From assembly GCA_964560275.1 (NCBI GenBank), contig CAZLLG010000001.1, positions 1-50,527 of the forward strand: a DNA stretch of 50,527 nucleotides, in the 5' to 3' direction. Each line of letters begins with the position of its first letter. Position 1 is the stretch's first letter. The translations under genes and the position numbers were made by a program. The notes below the pieces were generated by a model that searched no databases, was not told where the DNA came from, and was given only the letters and a program-made list of their open reading frames with translations. This stretch comes from an uncultured Eubacteriales bacterium. Its GTDB lineage: Bacteria; Acidobacteriota; Aminicenantia; Aminicenantales; Aminicenantaceae. Shown one piece after another: positions 8,855 through 17,478 of this stretch.

Positions 8855-10904
8855 TTTTTCCCCCTTCTCGCAATGCGATTTTAAATTTAGTCTTGAACAT
8901 TTTAACTGCCTTGGCAATGGAATTCTCGACTTCTTCAGCCAAGAGGGTCCGCTGTGGGTGTCGGAACACAAAACGCAGTGAAAGACTCACCTTCCCCTTC
9001 GGAATTGAGGCCCCTTCAAACCGGTCGTGGAGATCAAAAAATTCTAGGAAAGGGAGCTGCAGTTCAGCGACATCTTCCTGGATGTCCTGATAATTGACGT
9101 CGCGGCCAGTGATAAAAGTGATGTCCCGGGTGACTGTGGGAAATTTGCCGATCGGATTAAAATGAAATGCTTTTGGCTGTTTTTCGAAGAGCACATCCAA
9201 GTTGACCTCTGCGGCCCAAAGGGGTTCCTTGAGGGAATAGGCATCAAGAATGGCTTGCTGAATGCGTCCAAGAGAGCCGATCCGCCGCCCTTTGTAGGTG
9301 ATGCAGATGGAATTTTCCGGTTCATAACATGGATTTTTCGATTCTTTAAAAGAATAGGCCGAGTACCCGAGATGCGCCAGGAGGGCCTCACAGGCCCCCT
9401 TCAAATAAAAGAAATCCGCCTTTTCTGTTTTGGACTGCCAGTGTGGACGTTCCGTGTCTCCAGTCGTCACCATGCCCAGCATCAGGTCCTCTTGTGTTTG
9501 CTCTTCTTTCCATGAATAGGCCTTTCCGATTTCAAAAAAGTGCACACCTTCTGCTCCATGGTTGAGGTTCCAGGAGATGTTTTCCAGAAGTCCTCCAATG
9601 AGAGTGGTTCTGAGGATAGAGGCCTTCACGGAGATAGGATTCCGTATTTCGACGGGCTCATGGCCAAGCTTGAACAGGGCATCTTTCTCCGGATCCACAA
9701 AGCTAAAATTGACGGCTTCATCGAAACCGTAGAGAAAAAGGACCTGCCGCATCTTGGAGATAAAGGTTTTCCTTACATCGTGCGTGTATTCGAGAACATT
9801 ATACGGGGGAACCAGGGACGGGATCTTATCATAGCCATAAAAACGGGCGACCTCTTCGATCAAATCGGCCTCTCTTTCGATATCCACGCGGAAAAAAGGC
9901 ACCTTGACCTGCCATATGCCCTGCTGCTGATTTTCCAGGCTGAAACCCAGATTAGTCAGTATCTTCGAGATGAATTCATCGGCAACGCCCACTCCTATAA
10001 GTTCCTCTACTCTGTGATTGCGGAGCAGAACCGTTCTGTTCTTTTTTGGCTTGGGATATACATCAATGATACCTTGTGTAGCAGTCCCTTCAAATTGAGT
10101 CATTAGGGAGGCGGCCATCAATGCGGCTTTGGGTGGGAACGACACATCCGCGCCTCTTTCAAAACGGTAGGACGCATCTGTTTGAATCCCGGCTTGCTTG
10201 CCGGTCCTCCGAACAGAGACTGGATCAAAACAAGCGCTCTCGATAAACACATCTGACGTGTCTTCAGTCACAGCGGAATCTTCCCCACCGATTATCCCGG
10301 CCAAAGCAACTGGCTTTTTTTCGTCGGCTATCACCAGCATATCCGTTGTGAGGGATAAATTCTCTCCTTCCAGGGTTCTGAGTTTCTCATCCTTATTAGC
10401 CCTACGAACGATGATCTTCCGGCCTGAGAGTTTGGCCAGGTCAAAGGCATGAATAGGGTGGGCCGTGGCATAGAGAACATAGTTGGTGATGTCGACGACA
10501 TTGTTGATGGGCTTTAGACCCATGGCCAAAATCCTTTCTTTCAGCCAATCCGGAGACGTTCCGACTTTGATACCCTTCACAATGATGCCTGAATATCTGG
10601 GACAAAGGTCCTCTTCGTAAATTTCAATGTCTATAAGATCAGAGGTCTTGGCATCGTTTTCGATCAGTGGCCAAACCTGTTCCTTGACCGGCTGGTCCAA
10701 TATAGCGGCCAATTCGCGGGCCACTCCAAGGTGGCCGTTTGAGTCAGGGCGGTTAGCGTAAGTTTCAAGTTCCAGGACGACATCATTTTTTCGCTTTTCG
10801 ACATCATCGACCAGCAAACCGATGTTGTTGAGTCTGTCGATCAATTGGGGCATAGAGAGGTCTACATCCACAAAGTCTTTGAGCCATTCAACACTTATCT
10901 TCAT
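8844..10904 (-). CDS. pheT: phenylalanine--tRNA ligase beta subunit (short form)
   Basis: 686-aa ORF with B1, B3/4, B5 and FDX-ACB-like regions. It overlaps the pheS stop by 4 nt. Confidence 0.95.
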   Translation of the reverse strand: MKISVEWLKDFVDVDLSMPQLIDRLNNIGLLVDDVEKRKNDVVLELETYANRPDSNGHLGVARELAAILDQPVKEQVWPLIENDAKTSDLIDIEIYEEDLCPRYSGIIVKGIKVGTSPDWLKERILAMGLKPINNVVDITNYVLYATAHPIHAFDLAKLSGRKIIVRRANKDEKLRTLEGENLSLTTDMLVIADEKKPVALAGIIGGEDSAVTEDTSDVFIESACFDPVSVRRTGKQAGIQTDASYRFERGADVSFPPKAALMAASLMTQFEGTATQGIIDVYPKPKKNRTVLLRNHRVEELIGVGVADEFISKILTNLGFSLENQQQGIWQVKVPFFRVDIEREADLIEEVARFYGYDKIPSLVPPYNVLEYTHDVRKTFISKMRQVLFLYGFDEAVNFSFVDPEKDALFKLGHEPVEIRNPISVKASILRTTLIGGLLENISWNLNHGAEGVHFFEIGKAYSWKEEQTQEDLMLGMVTTGDTERPHWQSKTEKADFFYLKGACEALLAHLGYSAYSFKESKNPCYEPENSICITYKGRRIGSLGRIQQAILDAYSLKEPLWAAEVNLDVLFEKQPKAFHFNPIGKFPTVTRDITFITGRDVNYQDIQEDVAELQLPFLEFFDLHDRFEGASIPKGKVSLSLRFVFRHPQRTLLAEEVENSIAKAVKMFKTKFKIALREGGKIDK

Positions 10905-11935
10905 TTTCTTGAAAACTGCCTTATAAACCTCAAATCATTTTCGTAAAAATACCGCATGTCGGGAATCTGATAGGAAAACATCGCTGTCCGATCCACTCCC
11001 AGACCAAAGGCAAAGCCAGAGTACCGTTCGGGATCGATGTTGACATTCTTAAAGACCTGAGGATCAACCATGCCCGCTCCCAAAATTTCGATCCATCCGC
11101 CTCCCCCGCACACTCTGCATTTTTCGTCCTTCCGGTTGCAGACCGTACATTCGATATCCACCTCGGCCGAAGGTTCGGTAAAAGGGAAAAAGCTTGGACG
11201 GAAACGGATTTGGATTTTGTCATGAAAGAGAGCTTTGAGAAAGTATTCCAATGTCCCCTTCAGATGAGCCATAGTGATGCCGTAATCGACAACCAGGCCT
11301 TCGACCTGATAGAACATAGGCAAATGAGTGGGATCTGGAGATTCTTTTCGGTACACTTTTCCGGGTGTGATGATGCGGATCGGTGGTTTTCTTTTCTGCA
11401 TGACCCGAATCTGGACTGGGGACGTGTGTGTGCGGAGCAGGATGTCATCCTTGATGTAGAGTGTGTCCCAGTCATCCCGGGCCGGATGGTGCGGAGGGAA
11501 ATTCAAGGCCTCGAAGTTAAAATAATCTGTTTCGATCTCTGGGCCGCTTTCAATCGTAAAACCCATACTCAAAAAAATCTTCTCGATTCTCTCCTGAAAA
11601 ACAACAAGAGGATGAGGCGAACCCCAGTACCGGGATTTCCCAGGAAGAGTCAGGTCGGATTTGACGACTTTAGTTTTCGGAGCGCTCAACTTTGCTTTCA
11701 GGCCATCCAGTTTTTCCTGCACATCCGTCTTGAATTGGTTAATCAACTGTCCTGCTTCTGGTTTGTCTTCGGATTTGACCTTTTTCAGCTCCTCAAACAG
11801 ACTGGTCAGATGTCCTCTTTTTCGGCTCAAATAGAGATTGCGGAGTTCCTGGAGCTGGATCTCAGTCTTGACAGCAGCGGCGTCCTTTTTGAAGCCTCTC
11901 CCGTATTCTTCGATCTTGTCTTTCAGCTTTTTCAT
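10901..11935 (-). CDS. pheS: phenylalanine--tRNA ligase alpha subunit
   Basis: 344-aa ORF with class II aaRS motifs (HPARD, FRPSFFPFTEPSAEVD, GAGMVDP). Confidence 0.95.
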   Translation of the reverse strand: MKKLKDKIEEYGRGFKKDAAAVKTEIQLQELRNLYLSRKRGHLTSLFEELKKVKSEDKPEAGQLINQFKTDVQEKLDGLKAKLSAPKTKVVKSDLTLPGKSRYWGSPHPLVVFQERIEKIFLSMGFTIESGPEIETDYFNFEALNFPPHHPARDDWDTLYIKDDILLRTHTSPVQIRVMQKRKPPIRIITPGKVYRKESPDPTHLPMFYQVEGLVVDYGITMAHLKGTLEYFLKALFHDKIQIRFRPSFFPFTEPSAEVDIECTVCNRKDEKCRVCGGGGWIEILGAGMVDPQVFKNVNIDPERYSGFAFGLGVDRTAMFSYQIPDMRYFYENDLRFIRQFSRK

Positions 11936-11952
11936 TCTTTCTGTTTTGTCGT

Positions 11953-12309
11953 TTAAGCCGAAGCCTCCTTGACTTTATCGGCGATATGCTCGAAGGTCTG
12001 GGGGGAATGGACCGCCAGGTCCGCTAGAATCTTCCTGTTGATATCGATGTTGAGTGTTTTGAGCCCATGGATAAACAGGCTGTAAGTCAGGCCATTCGAT
12101 TCGGCCGCCGCTTTGATCCGAATGATCCAGAGACGCCTGAAATCCCGCTTGCGGGTCCGGCGGTCTCTATAGGAATACAGCAGTGCTCGTTCGACAGCCT
12201 CTTTGGCTGTGCGATAGTTGCGGCTGCGTGCACCATAGTATCCCTTAGCGAGTTTTAGAATTTTCGTTCGTCTTTTTCTTTTTTTTGTCCCTCTTGTTAC
12301 TCTGGCCAT
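11953..12309 (-). CDS. rplT: 50S ribosomal protein L20
   Basis: 118-aa ORF starting [29 protein letters not shown]. Confidence 0.95.
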   Translation of the reverse strand: MARVTRGTKKRKRRTKILKLAKGYYGARSRNYRTAKEAVERALLYSYRDRRTRKRDFRRLWIIRIKAAAESNGLTYSLFIHGLKTLNIDINRKILADLAVHSPQTFEHIADKVKEASA

Positions 12310-12399
12310 TGTCTTCTCCTCTCTCGTATATCACAAAAAAACAATCTGTGTGTTCATTTTTCCATGTGTTCTAGTGTTCCCAACGAAAAGAAGTCTTCC

Positions 12400-12600
12400 C
12401 TAAAAGTTGTAGGGAAGCATGTCTTTAATGTTTCCTTTATCGGCCTTACTGACGAGATCCTGTTTTCTGAGCCTTCTCTTTCTCTTCGGGCTCTTCTTGG
12501 TCAGGATGTGGCTGTTATACGCTTTATTGTGAAGTATCTTTTTCTTTCCTGTCACTTTGAACCTCTTTTGGGCTCCTTTGTGTGTCTTTAGTTTTGGCAT
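12400..12600 (-). CDS. rpmI: 50S ribosomal protein L35
   Basis: 66-aa ORF starting [26 protein letters not shown] lies 5 nt upstream of the ATG. Confidence 0.95.
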   Translation of the reverse strand: MPKLKTHKGAQKRFKVTGKKKILHNKAYNSHILTKKSPKRKRRLRKQDLVSKADKGNIKDMLPYNF

Positions 12601-13156
12601 CTTTTCCTCCAGTTTTAACCGGGCTCAATAGGGCAGATACAGCCCAACTCTGCTTCCGAATCGTTCCATCTTGCTGTCCGAGGTCTTTCATGTCCTCAAA
12701 CACTCTATCCATAATAGCGAAGGCCAGTTCAGGTTTTGCTTTTTCTCTGCCTCGTAGCATCACGGTTATCTTCACCTTGTTTCCTTCCTTAAGAAAGCGT
12801 TCGACATGACGGATCTTAAACGTATAGTCATGGATGCTGATCTTTGGTCGAAACTTGATCTCTTTAATTTGGATCTGCTTTTGATGCTTTTTTGCTTCAT
12901 GAGCCTTTTTATGTAATTCATATAAAAATTTTCCGTAGTCCATGATCCGACAGACAGGAGGAGTCGCATTGGGCGCCACTTCCACAAGATCCAGGTCTCT
13001 CTCTTTAGCCAGAGCCAAAGCTTCCTGAAAGGGAAGTACTCCCAACTGTTTTTTATCTTCATCGATTATCCTCAATTCACTTGCTCGAATCATTTCATTG
13101 ATTTTATGTGGTTTTTCTTTTCTTCCTCCACCGGGATAATATCTCCGTCTTCTGAT
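12524..13156 (-). CDS. infC: translation initiation factor IF-3 (non-AUG ATC start)
   Basis: The ORF track starts at Met 13093, but the frame stays open upstream to the thrS stop. It encodes the conserved IF-3 N-terminus ([31 protein letters not shown]). Two in-frame ATC codons lie at 13159 and 13156, behind AGGAGG (13168-13163). Confidence 0.85.
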   Translation of the reverse strand: MRRRRYYPGGGRKEKPHKINEMIRASELRIIDEDKKQLGVLPFQEALALAKERDLDLVEVAPNATPPVCRIMDYGKFLYELHKKAHEAKKHQKQIQIKEIKFRPKISIHDYTFKIRHVERFLKEGNKVKITVMLRGREKAKPELAFAIMDRVFEDMKDLGQQDGTIRKQSWAVSALLSPVKTGGKDAKTKDTQRSPKEVQSDRKEKDTSQ

Positions 13157-13168
13157 GATAGACCTCCT

Positions 13169-15112
13169 TTAAAAATTGACGTTCAATGACCTATTTTTAA
13201 TCAATTCTTGGACTTTTTCAAGGAATTCATTCACGTTAATTTCGCCTTTGTCGCCCTCTAGGTGGACTCGCAGTGCAGCGGTTTTGTTTTCAACCTCTTT
13301 ATCTCCGACGATAAGGATAAGGGGGACTTTGCTGGTTTCGGCATCTCGGATTTTGTAGCCCACCTTTTCACGGCGTTGATCCACAGAAGCCCGGATATTA
13401 TTTTCCCGAAATCGTGCGCTTAAAGATTCAGCATACGCTGTGTGGCGATCGGCGATTGGAATCGTCAAAATCTGCACAGGTGCCAACCAGAGAGGGAAAT
13501 TTCCATTATAGTGTTCGATGAGAATCCCGAAAAATCTTTCGAGAGAGCCGAGCAGAGCACGGTGAACCAGATAGGGTCTGGAAGCCTTCCCGTCTTCGCC
13601 GATATAGCTGAGATCGAAACGTTCGGCCAGATTAAAATCCAGCTGAACGGTGGTCAACTGCCAGGACCGCTGCAGGGCATCCTTGATTTTTATGTCGATT
13701 TTCGGGCCGTAGAAGACTCCTTCGCCCTCATCGATGGTGAAATCTTGATCGATATTTTGGAGTGCGCTGGCCAACGCGGCTTCTGCTTTGACCCAATCAG
13801 CTTCGGCACCACAAAATTTTTCCGGGCATGTGGACAAAAAGACATCCAGATCTGTAAAGCCAAACGTACTCAGAATTTTTTTCGCCAAATTGACAACACC
13901 TTTGATTTCTTCTTCGAGCTGGTCAGCCCGACAGAATATGTGGGCATCATCCTGGGTGAATCCTCTCACACGCAGGAGTCCGTGCAAAACACCGCTTCTT
14001 TCGTAGCGGTAAACTGTACCCAGTTCACCCCAGCGGAAGGGAAGGTCTCTATAACTGCGCTGCCGTGTTTTATAGACCATAATATGAAATGGACAGTTCA
14101 TGGGTTTGAGCTCGTACTCAATCCCTTCGCTCAGGAGTGGAGGGTAGAGGGCATCATAAAATTCCGTGTGTCCAGATTGACGCCATACATCAAGTTTGGC
14201 CACATGAGGAGTATTGAGGATATCATAACCGGCATGGAAGTGCTCCTCATGCCAATACTCCTCAATGGATTTACGGACAGCCGCCCCCTTGGGATGCCAG
14301 AGGATCAAGCCTGCCCCGAGGTCTTCATTAAAACTGAAAAGATCCAACTCAGGTCCAAGTTTGCGGTGATCTCTTTTTTTGGCTTCTTCGACCAGGTTGA
14401 GATACGTTCGTAAATCTTTCTTGGTATAAAAGGCCGTTCCATAGATTCTTTGGAGCTGGACGCTCTTTTCATCTCCCTTCCAATACGCGCCGGAAACGGA
14501 CAGCAGCTTAAAGTTCTTGATATGACCGGAAGAGGGAACATGAGGACCCAGACAAAAATCGATGAATTTTCCTTGTCTGTAGCAAGTGACCTCTTCACCC
14601 CCCTTTTCCTCAATGAGCTCCACTTTGAGGTTTTGCCCCATGTCCACAAACATTTTAATCGCAGCTTTTTTCGATAGGACGACTTTTTCAATGGGGATAT
14701 TCTGCTGAGCCAAATCCATCATCTTGTCTTCAATAACCGTCAGGTCATCGGGAGTGAAGGGTTTGTCTTTGAAGAAATCATAGTAGAATCCATTTTCGAT
14801 ATCGGGACCGATGCCGATCTGTGTGCCTGGAAATAGCTCTGTGACGGCGTGGGCGAGAAGATGTGCAGCGCTGTGCCTGAGCACATGGAGAGCATTTTTG
14901 TCCTCAGTGTAGACGAGTTGGATCTCAACATCTTCCGTCAAACTTTCGTTGAGGTCTTTCATTTGTCCATTCAAACGTGCAAGCAGAGGTGTCCTCTTCA
15001 GCTCCTGTGCTGCAAGAAATTCTCTAAGAAGAGTGCCTTTCTCCACAGAGAAAAGAGACCCCTCTAGTCTAACCTGTACCAATTGATTCACCTTGTATCT
15101 ATATGCATTCAA
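13169..15112 (-). CDS. thrS: threonine--tRNA ligase
   Basis: 647-aa ORF with TGS, editing (HSAAHLLAHA) and class II catalytic motifs. The ORF-track start at 15112 is TTG. An alternative TTG at 15082 has AAGGTG 6 nt upstream and gives the more typical MVQVRLEGS N-terminus. Confidence 0.95.
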   Translation of the reverse strand: MNAYRYKVNQLVQVRLEGSLFSVEKGTLLREFLAAQELKRTPLLARLNGQMKDLNESLTEDVEIQLVYTEDKNALHVLRHSAAHLLAHAVTELFPGTQIGIGPDIENGFYYDFFKDKPFTPDDLTVIEDKMMDLAQQNIPIEKVVLSKKAAIKMFVDMGQNLKVELIEEKGGEEVTCYRQGKFIDFCLGPHVPSSGHIKNFKLLSVSGAYWKGDEKSVQLQRIYGTAFYTKKDLRTYLNLVEEAKKRDHRKLGPELDLFSFNEDLGAGLILWHPKGAAVRKSIEEYWHEEHFHAGYDILNTPHVAKLDVWRQSGHTEFYDALYPPLLSEGIEYELKPMNCPFHIMVYKTRQRSYRDLPFRWGELGTVYRYERSGVLHGLLRVRGFTQDDAHIFCRADQLEEEIKGVVNLAKKILSTFGFTDLDVFLSTCPEKFCGAEADWVKAEAALASALQNIDQDFTIDEGEGVFYGPKIDIKIKDALQRSWQLTTVQLDFNLAERFDLSYIGEDGKASRPYLVHRALLGSLERFFGILIEHYNGNFPLWLAPVQILTIPIADRHTAYAESLSARFRENNIRASVDQRREKVGYKIRDAETSKVPLILIVGDKEVENKTAALRVHLEGDKGEINVNEFLEKVQELIKNRSLNVNF

Positions 15113-15180
15113 GCGGGAAGGCTGAACATATGTTCCTCTTTGGTTTCCTCCTGAACACTCGCTCTAGTTTCCCAAAATAC

Positions 15181-15255
15181 TGGTAGGCGCGGAGGGGATC
15201 GAACCCTCGACTTCTTCCGCGTCAAGGAAGCACTCTGCCACTGAGCTACGCGCCT
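15181..15255 (-). tRNA. tRNA-Val (anticodon GAC), CCA encoded
   Basis: Minus strand reads AGGCGCG-TA-GCTCAGTGGCAGAGT-GCTTCCTTGACGCGGAAG-AAGTC-GAGGGTTCGATCCCCTC-CGCGCCT-A-CCA. It has a 7-bp acceptor stem, a GGTTCGATCC T-loop and an anticodon loop TTGACGC. Confidence 0.9.
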
Positions 15256-15273
15256 TTGCTCTGAAGCCTATAC

Positions 15274-15302
15274 ATACTAATGGTTTACCCCTCTAAAGTC
15301 AA
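15274..15302 (-). promoter_or_regulatory. sigma70-type promoter upstream of tRNA-Val/thrS operon (TTGACT-17 nt-TAGTAT)
   Basis: Minus strand: TTGACT (15302-15297), 17-nt spacer, TAGTAT (15279-15274). The tRNA 5' end lies 18 nt downstream of the -10. Confidence 0.45.
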
Positions 15303-15361
15303 TAGAATGTGCACATTCTTGTCAGAGATGAATGGGGAATCCATCCGGATCCATCTTAGAG

Positions 15362-15621
15362 CCGGACAGGAACCCTTACGTGTTCCGCCCCCATCGCATT
15401 AAGAATGCGGGTGGAGACAGAGACACGACGTCCATCCGTCTCTGCTGAAGGTCTTCCGGTCAGATCCTCCCTTCATCTCAGTCAAAAATTGTTTGTTTGG
15501 AGCGAAGCCAGCACAGAGAGGCCCTGTTCCTTTGAAGCCAATGGCGGAGGGTGGGCGGGTCTTCGCGTAGGGAAAGATACTCCCGCGCGTACTTGCGCGG
15601 TAAGGCCCCGCATGTCCGACT
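15362..15621 (+). repeat. full-length copy (R1) of an intergenic repeat / structured element with inverted-repeat ends
   Basis: Non-coding, with stops in all frames. The ends are complementary (CGGACA 15363-68 with TGTCCG 15613-18; CCTTAC 15374-79 with GTAAGG 15600-05). The left part recurs at 41206-41296 and the right part at 36166-36234, with conserved blocks at identical spacing. Confidence 0.5.
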
Positions 15622-16602
15622 TTATTCCATGGGGTATTTGAGGCCCCACTGGGCGCGGATTCTGTCCATGGTTTCCATGATGGAGAGGGTTTCGTCAAGC
15701 GGCATAGTGTCGCTTTCTAGCCGTCCCTCCAGGAGGCATGTCATCACTTCTTCGGCTTCAAAATTGAATCCATTGCCTTTAAATGGAACCTTCAAGGTTT
15801 TTTCCCTACCCTTGAACTTTAAAGACAATTTTTGCGATCTCCACCAGGGAGCGTGGATCCGAAGTCTTCCTTCGGTTCCCAAAAGATAGGCATCCTGCGG
15901 AATTTCCGTTCGTACAGCTGAAGCCAGGACAGCCATCTGTCCCACATTATATCGAAAGAGCATGGCTGACTGTTCGTCTACGCCGGTTGTCCCGAGATGG
16001 CATTCGCTCGAGATAAACGCCGGGCGTCCAAACACCATGGATGCAAACGAGACTGGATAAACTCCCACATCCAACAACGCTCCCCCTCCAAGTGAAGGAT
16101 TGAACAATCTGTGCAGAGGATCAAATTCGGCTTTAAAGCCAAAGCTCGCGCTGAGCATGCGGATTTCACCGAGGGACCCTTGGCCGAGGATTTCACGCAC
16201 CTTAACAAAAGCAGGCAGATACCGCGTCCACATGGCTTCCATAATAAAACACTTTTTTTTCTTGGCCAGGTTGATCACCTCTTCCGCCTGATCTGCATTT
16301 ATGGTGAAGGGTTTTTCGCAGAGGATAGCTTTTCCTTCCTTAATCAACATTAAACAATTTTCATAGTGAAGGTTGTGTGGCGTGGACACATACACCACAT
16401 CGATATCGGGATCCTTGGCAAGATCTTCATAGCTCCCATACCTCTTTGGAATGCCGAACCTCCGTCCGAACCTTTCGGCAGCCTCCAAAGTGCGGGATCC
16501 AACGGCGGTCAGAAGAGCATTAGGAACTCTGTCTAACCCTTTTGCCATGGCGGCCGCAATGCCACCTGTTGCAAGTATCCCCCAGTTTATCTTTTTTTTC
16601 AT
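15622..16602 (-). CDS. Gfo/Idh/MocA family oxidoreductase
   Basis: 326-aa ORF with an N-terminal Rossmann motif (WGILATGGIAAAMAKGL) and the EKP motif (LCEKPFT). Confidence 0.85.
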   Translation of the reverse strand: MKKKINWGILATGGIAAAMAKGLDRVPNALLTAVGSRTLEAAERFGRRFGIPKRYGSYEDLAKDPDIDVVYVSTPHNLHYENCLMLIKEGKAILCEKPFTINADQAEEVINLAKKKKCFIMEAMWTRYLPAFVKVREILGQGSLGEIRMLSASFGFKAEFDPLHRLFNPSLGGGALLDVGVYPVSFASMVFGRPAFISSECHLGTTGVDEQSAMLFRYNVGQMAVLASAVRTEIPQDAYLLGTEGRLRIHAPWWRSQKLSLKFKGREKTLKVPFKGNGFNFEAEEVMTCLLEGRLESDTMPLDETLSIMETMDRIRAQWGLKYPME

Positions 16603-17087
16603 ATGGGAAAAGGAACGATATCGGCGGTTTTTTCCGCCGGATCAAAGAGGACCACAGTTTGCCTCCCTGTTATCCACCCCCCTGTCTCGCCGGGATTGAT
16701 AAGAAGGGTGTTTCCCTGGAACCGAACTTCAGGCCTGTGCGTATGGCCGAAAATAAGAACATCCAGATTTTGCTGCTTCAGATAAGAGTTGAGAGGAAAA
16801 TCCAAATGAACCAACAGATACCGATCTTCCTTCCATTCAAAGACAAAAGGCGCTTCTTGAATTTCCCCAAAAGGCTGAATGGCTCTCGCCAATCCCTGCT
16901 TTTCCCCATCGCAGTTACCAAAAACTGCTTTGACTTGGCAGGTGAGATTGGCCAGTTCTAAAGCAGCGAAGGGCGCCACAAAGTCTCCCGCATGGATCAC
17001 CAGTTCACACTCCGCTTCGTTGAATATGTGAACAGCCTGTTTTATAGCCTCCCGGTTGTCATGTGAATCCGACATCACTCCAATCAT
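16599..17087 (-). CDS. YfcE/MJ0936-family metallophosphoesterase
   Basis: 162-aa ORF with DSHDN, HAGDF, GNCD and GHTH motifs. Confidence 0.85.
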   Translation of the reverse strand: MIGVMSDSHDNREAIKQAVHIFNEAECELVIHAGDFVAPFAALELANLTCQVKAVFGNCDGEKQGLARAIQPFGEIQEAPFVFEWKEDRYLLVHLDFPLNSYLKQQNLDVLIFGHTHRPEVRFQGNTLLINPGETGGWITGRQTVVLFDPAEKTADIVPFPI

Positions 17088-17394
17088 ATTCCCTCCGAAT
17101 TATTCATAAAAACTGCCTCCGCTTTCATTTCTCTTCATTGACATCAACTTTATAGCATGATTTTAGCAATATCTCGAATATTACTTTATTTGTTGGCTAG
17201 TTTATATCAAATGCCGGCATTTTATACCCAAAGGGGGCGAACCAATCTTACCACATCTGCTTCGTTATGACCGGGTTAGGTTGGGACGGTTCGCTGTGGA
17301 AAGTCACAGCTTCATGGGCCGATGCCTCGCATCTGCAGCAATTTTGGCCCGTGAATAGCCAGGGTTACATCGCGGCCCCTTCTTCTCTACTCCA

Positions 17395-17423
17395 TTGAAA
17401 AATTAGAGGGGGTATATTATACT
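17395..17423 (+). promoter_or_regulatory. sigma70-type promoter of the cpgS-like/arcC/argF operon (TTGAAA-17 nt-TATACT)
   Basis: TTGAAA 17395-17400, 17-nt spacer, TATACT 17418-17423. This leaves a leader of about 50 nt with GGAG 6 nt before the ATG at 17479. Confidence 0.5.
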
Positions 17424-17478
17424 AGCAATTCGATTTTGGAACTTATATGCTTATAAAAAAACAAATAACGGAGTTTTT

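Noticed and set aside
8855-8971. 39-codon upstream extension of the ZapB-like ORF.
   Set aside because: It overlaps the conserved C-terminus of pheT and its peptide is Cys/Ser/Arg-rich and non-helical. An internal TTG with an SD fits better.
13442-14413. Long antisense ORFs opposite real genes. Examples are 13442-14413 (+, 323 aa, opposite thrS), 11210-11956 (opposite pheS), 7049-7627 (opposite rny), 27449-28075 (opposite rnr), 49564-50217 (opposite polA) and 23563-24072.
   Set aside because: Each lies fully inside a gene with an unmistakable family signature. Their translations are low-complexity or unrecognisable, and none has an SD. They are consistent with codon-usage-driven stop depletion on the antisense strand.
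15549-15600. Partial resemblance of the repeat core to riboswitch or leader motifs: GCGTAGGGAA as in the TPP 3' end, and GGTACCGC in R2 as in the T-box.
   Set aside because: The other obligatory elements (CTGAGA and ACCTGATCTGG for TPP; the specifier and stem I for T-box) are absent. The orientation and position relative to genes also do not fit.
17228-17392. SRP (4.5S) RNA, because the island starts GGGGGC and ends GGCCCC.
   Set aside because: The conserved domain IV core (GGUCC-GGAA-GGAAGCAGC type) is absent on both strands.
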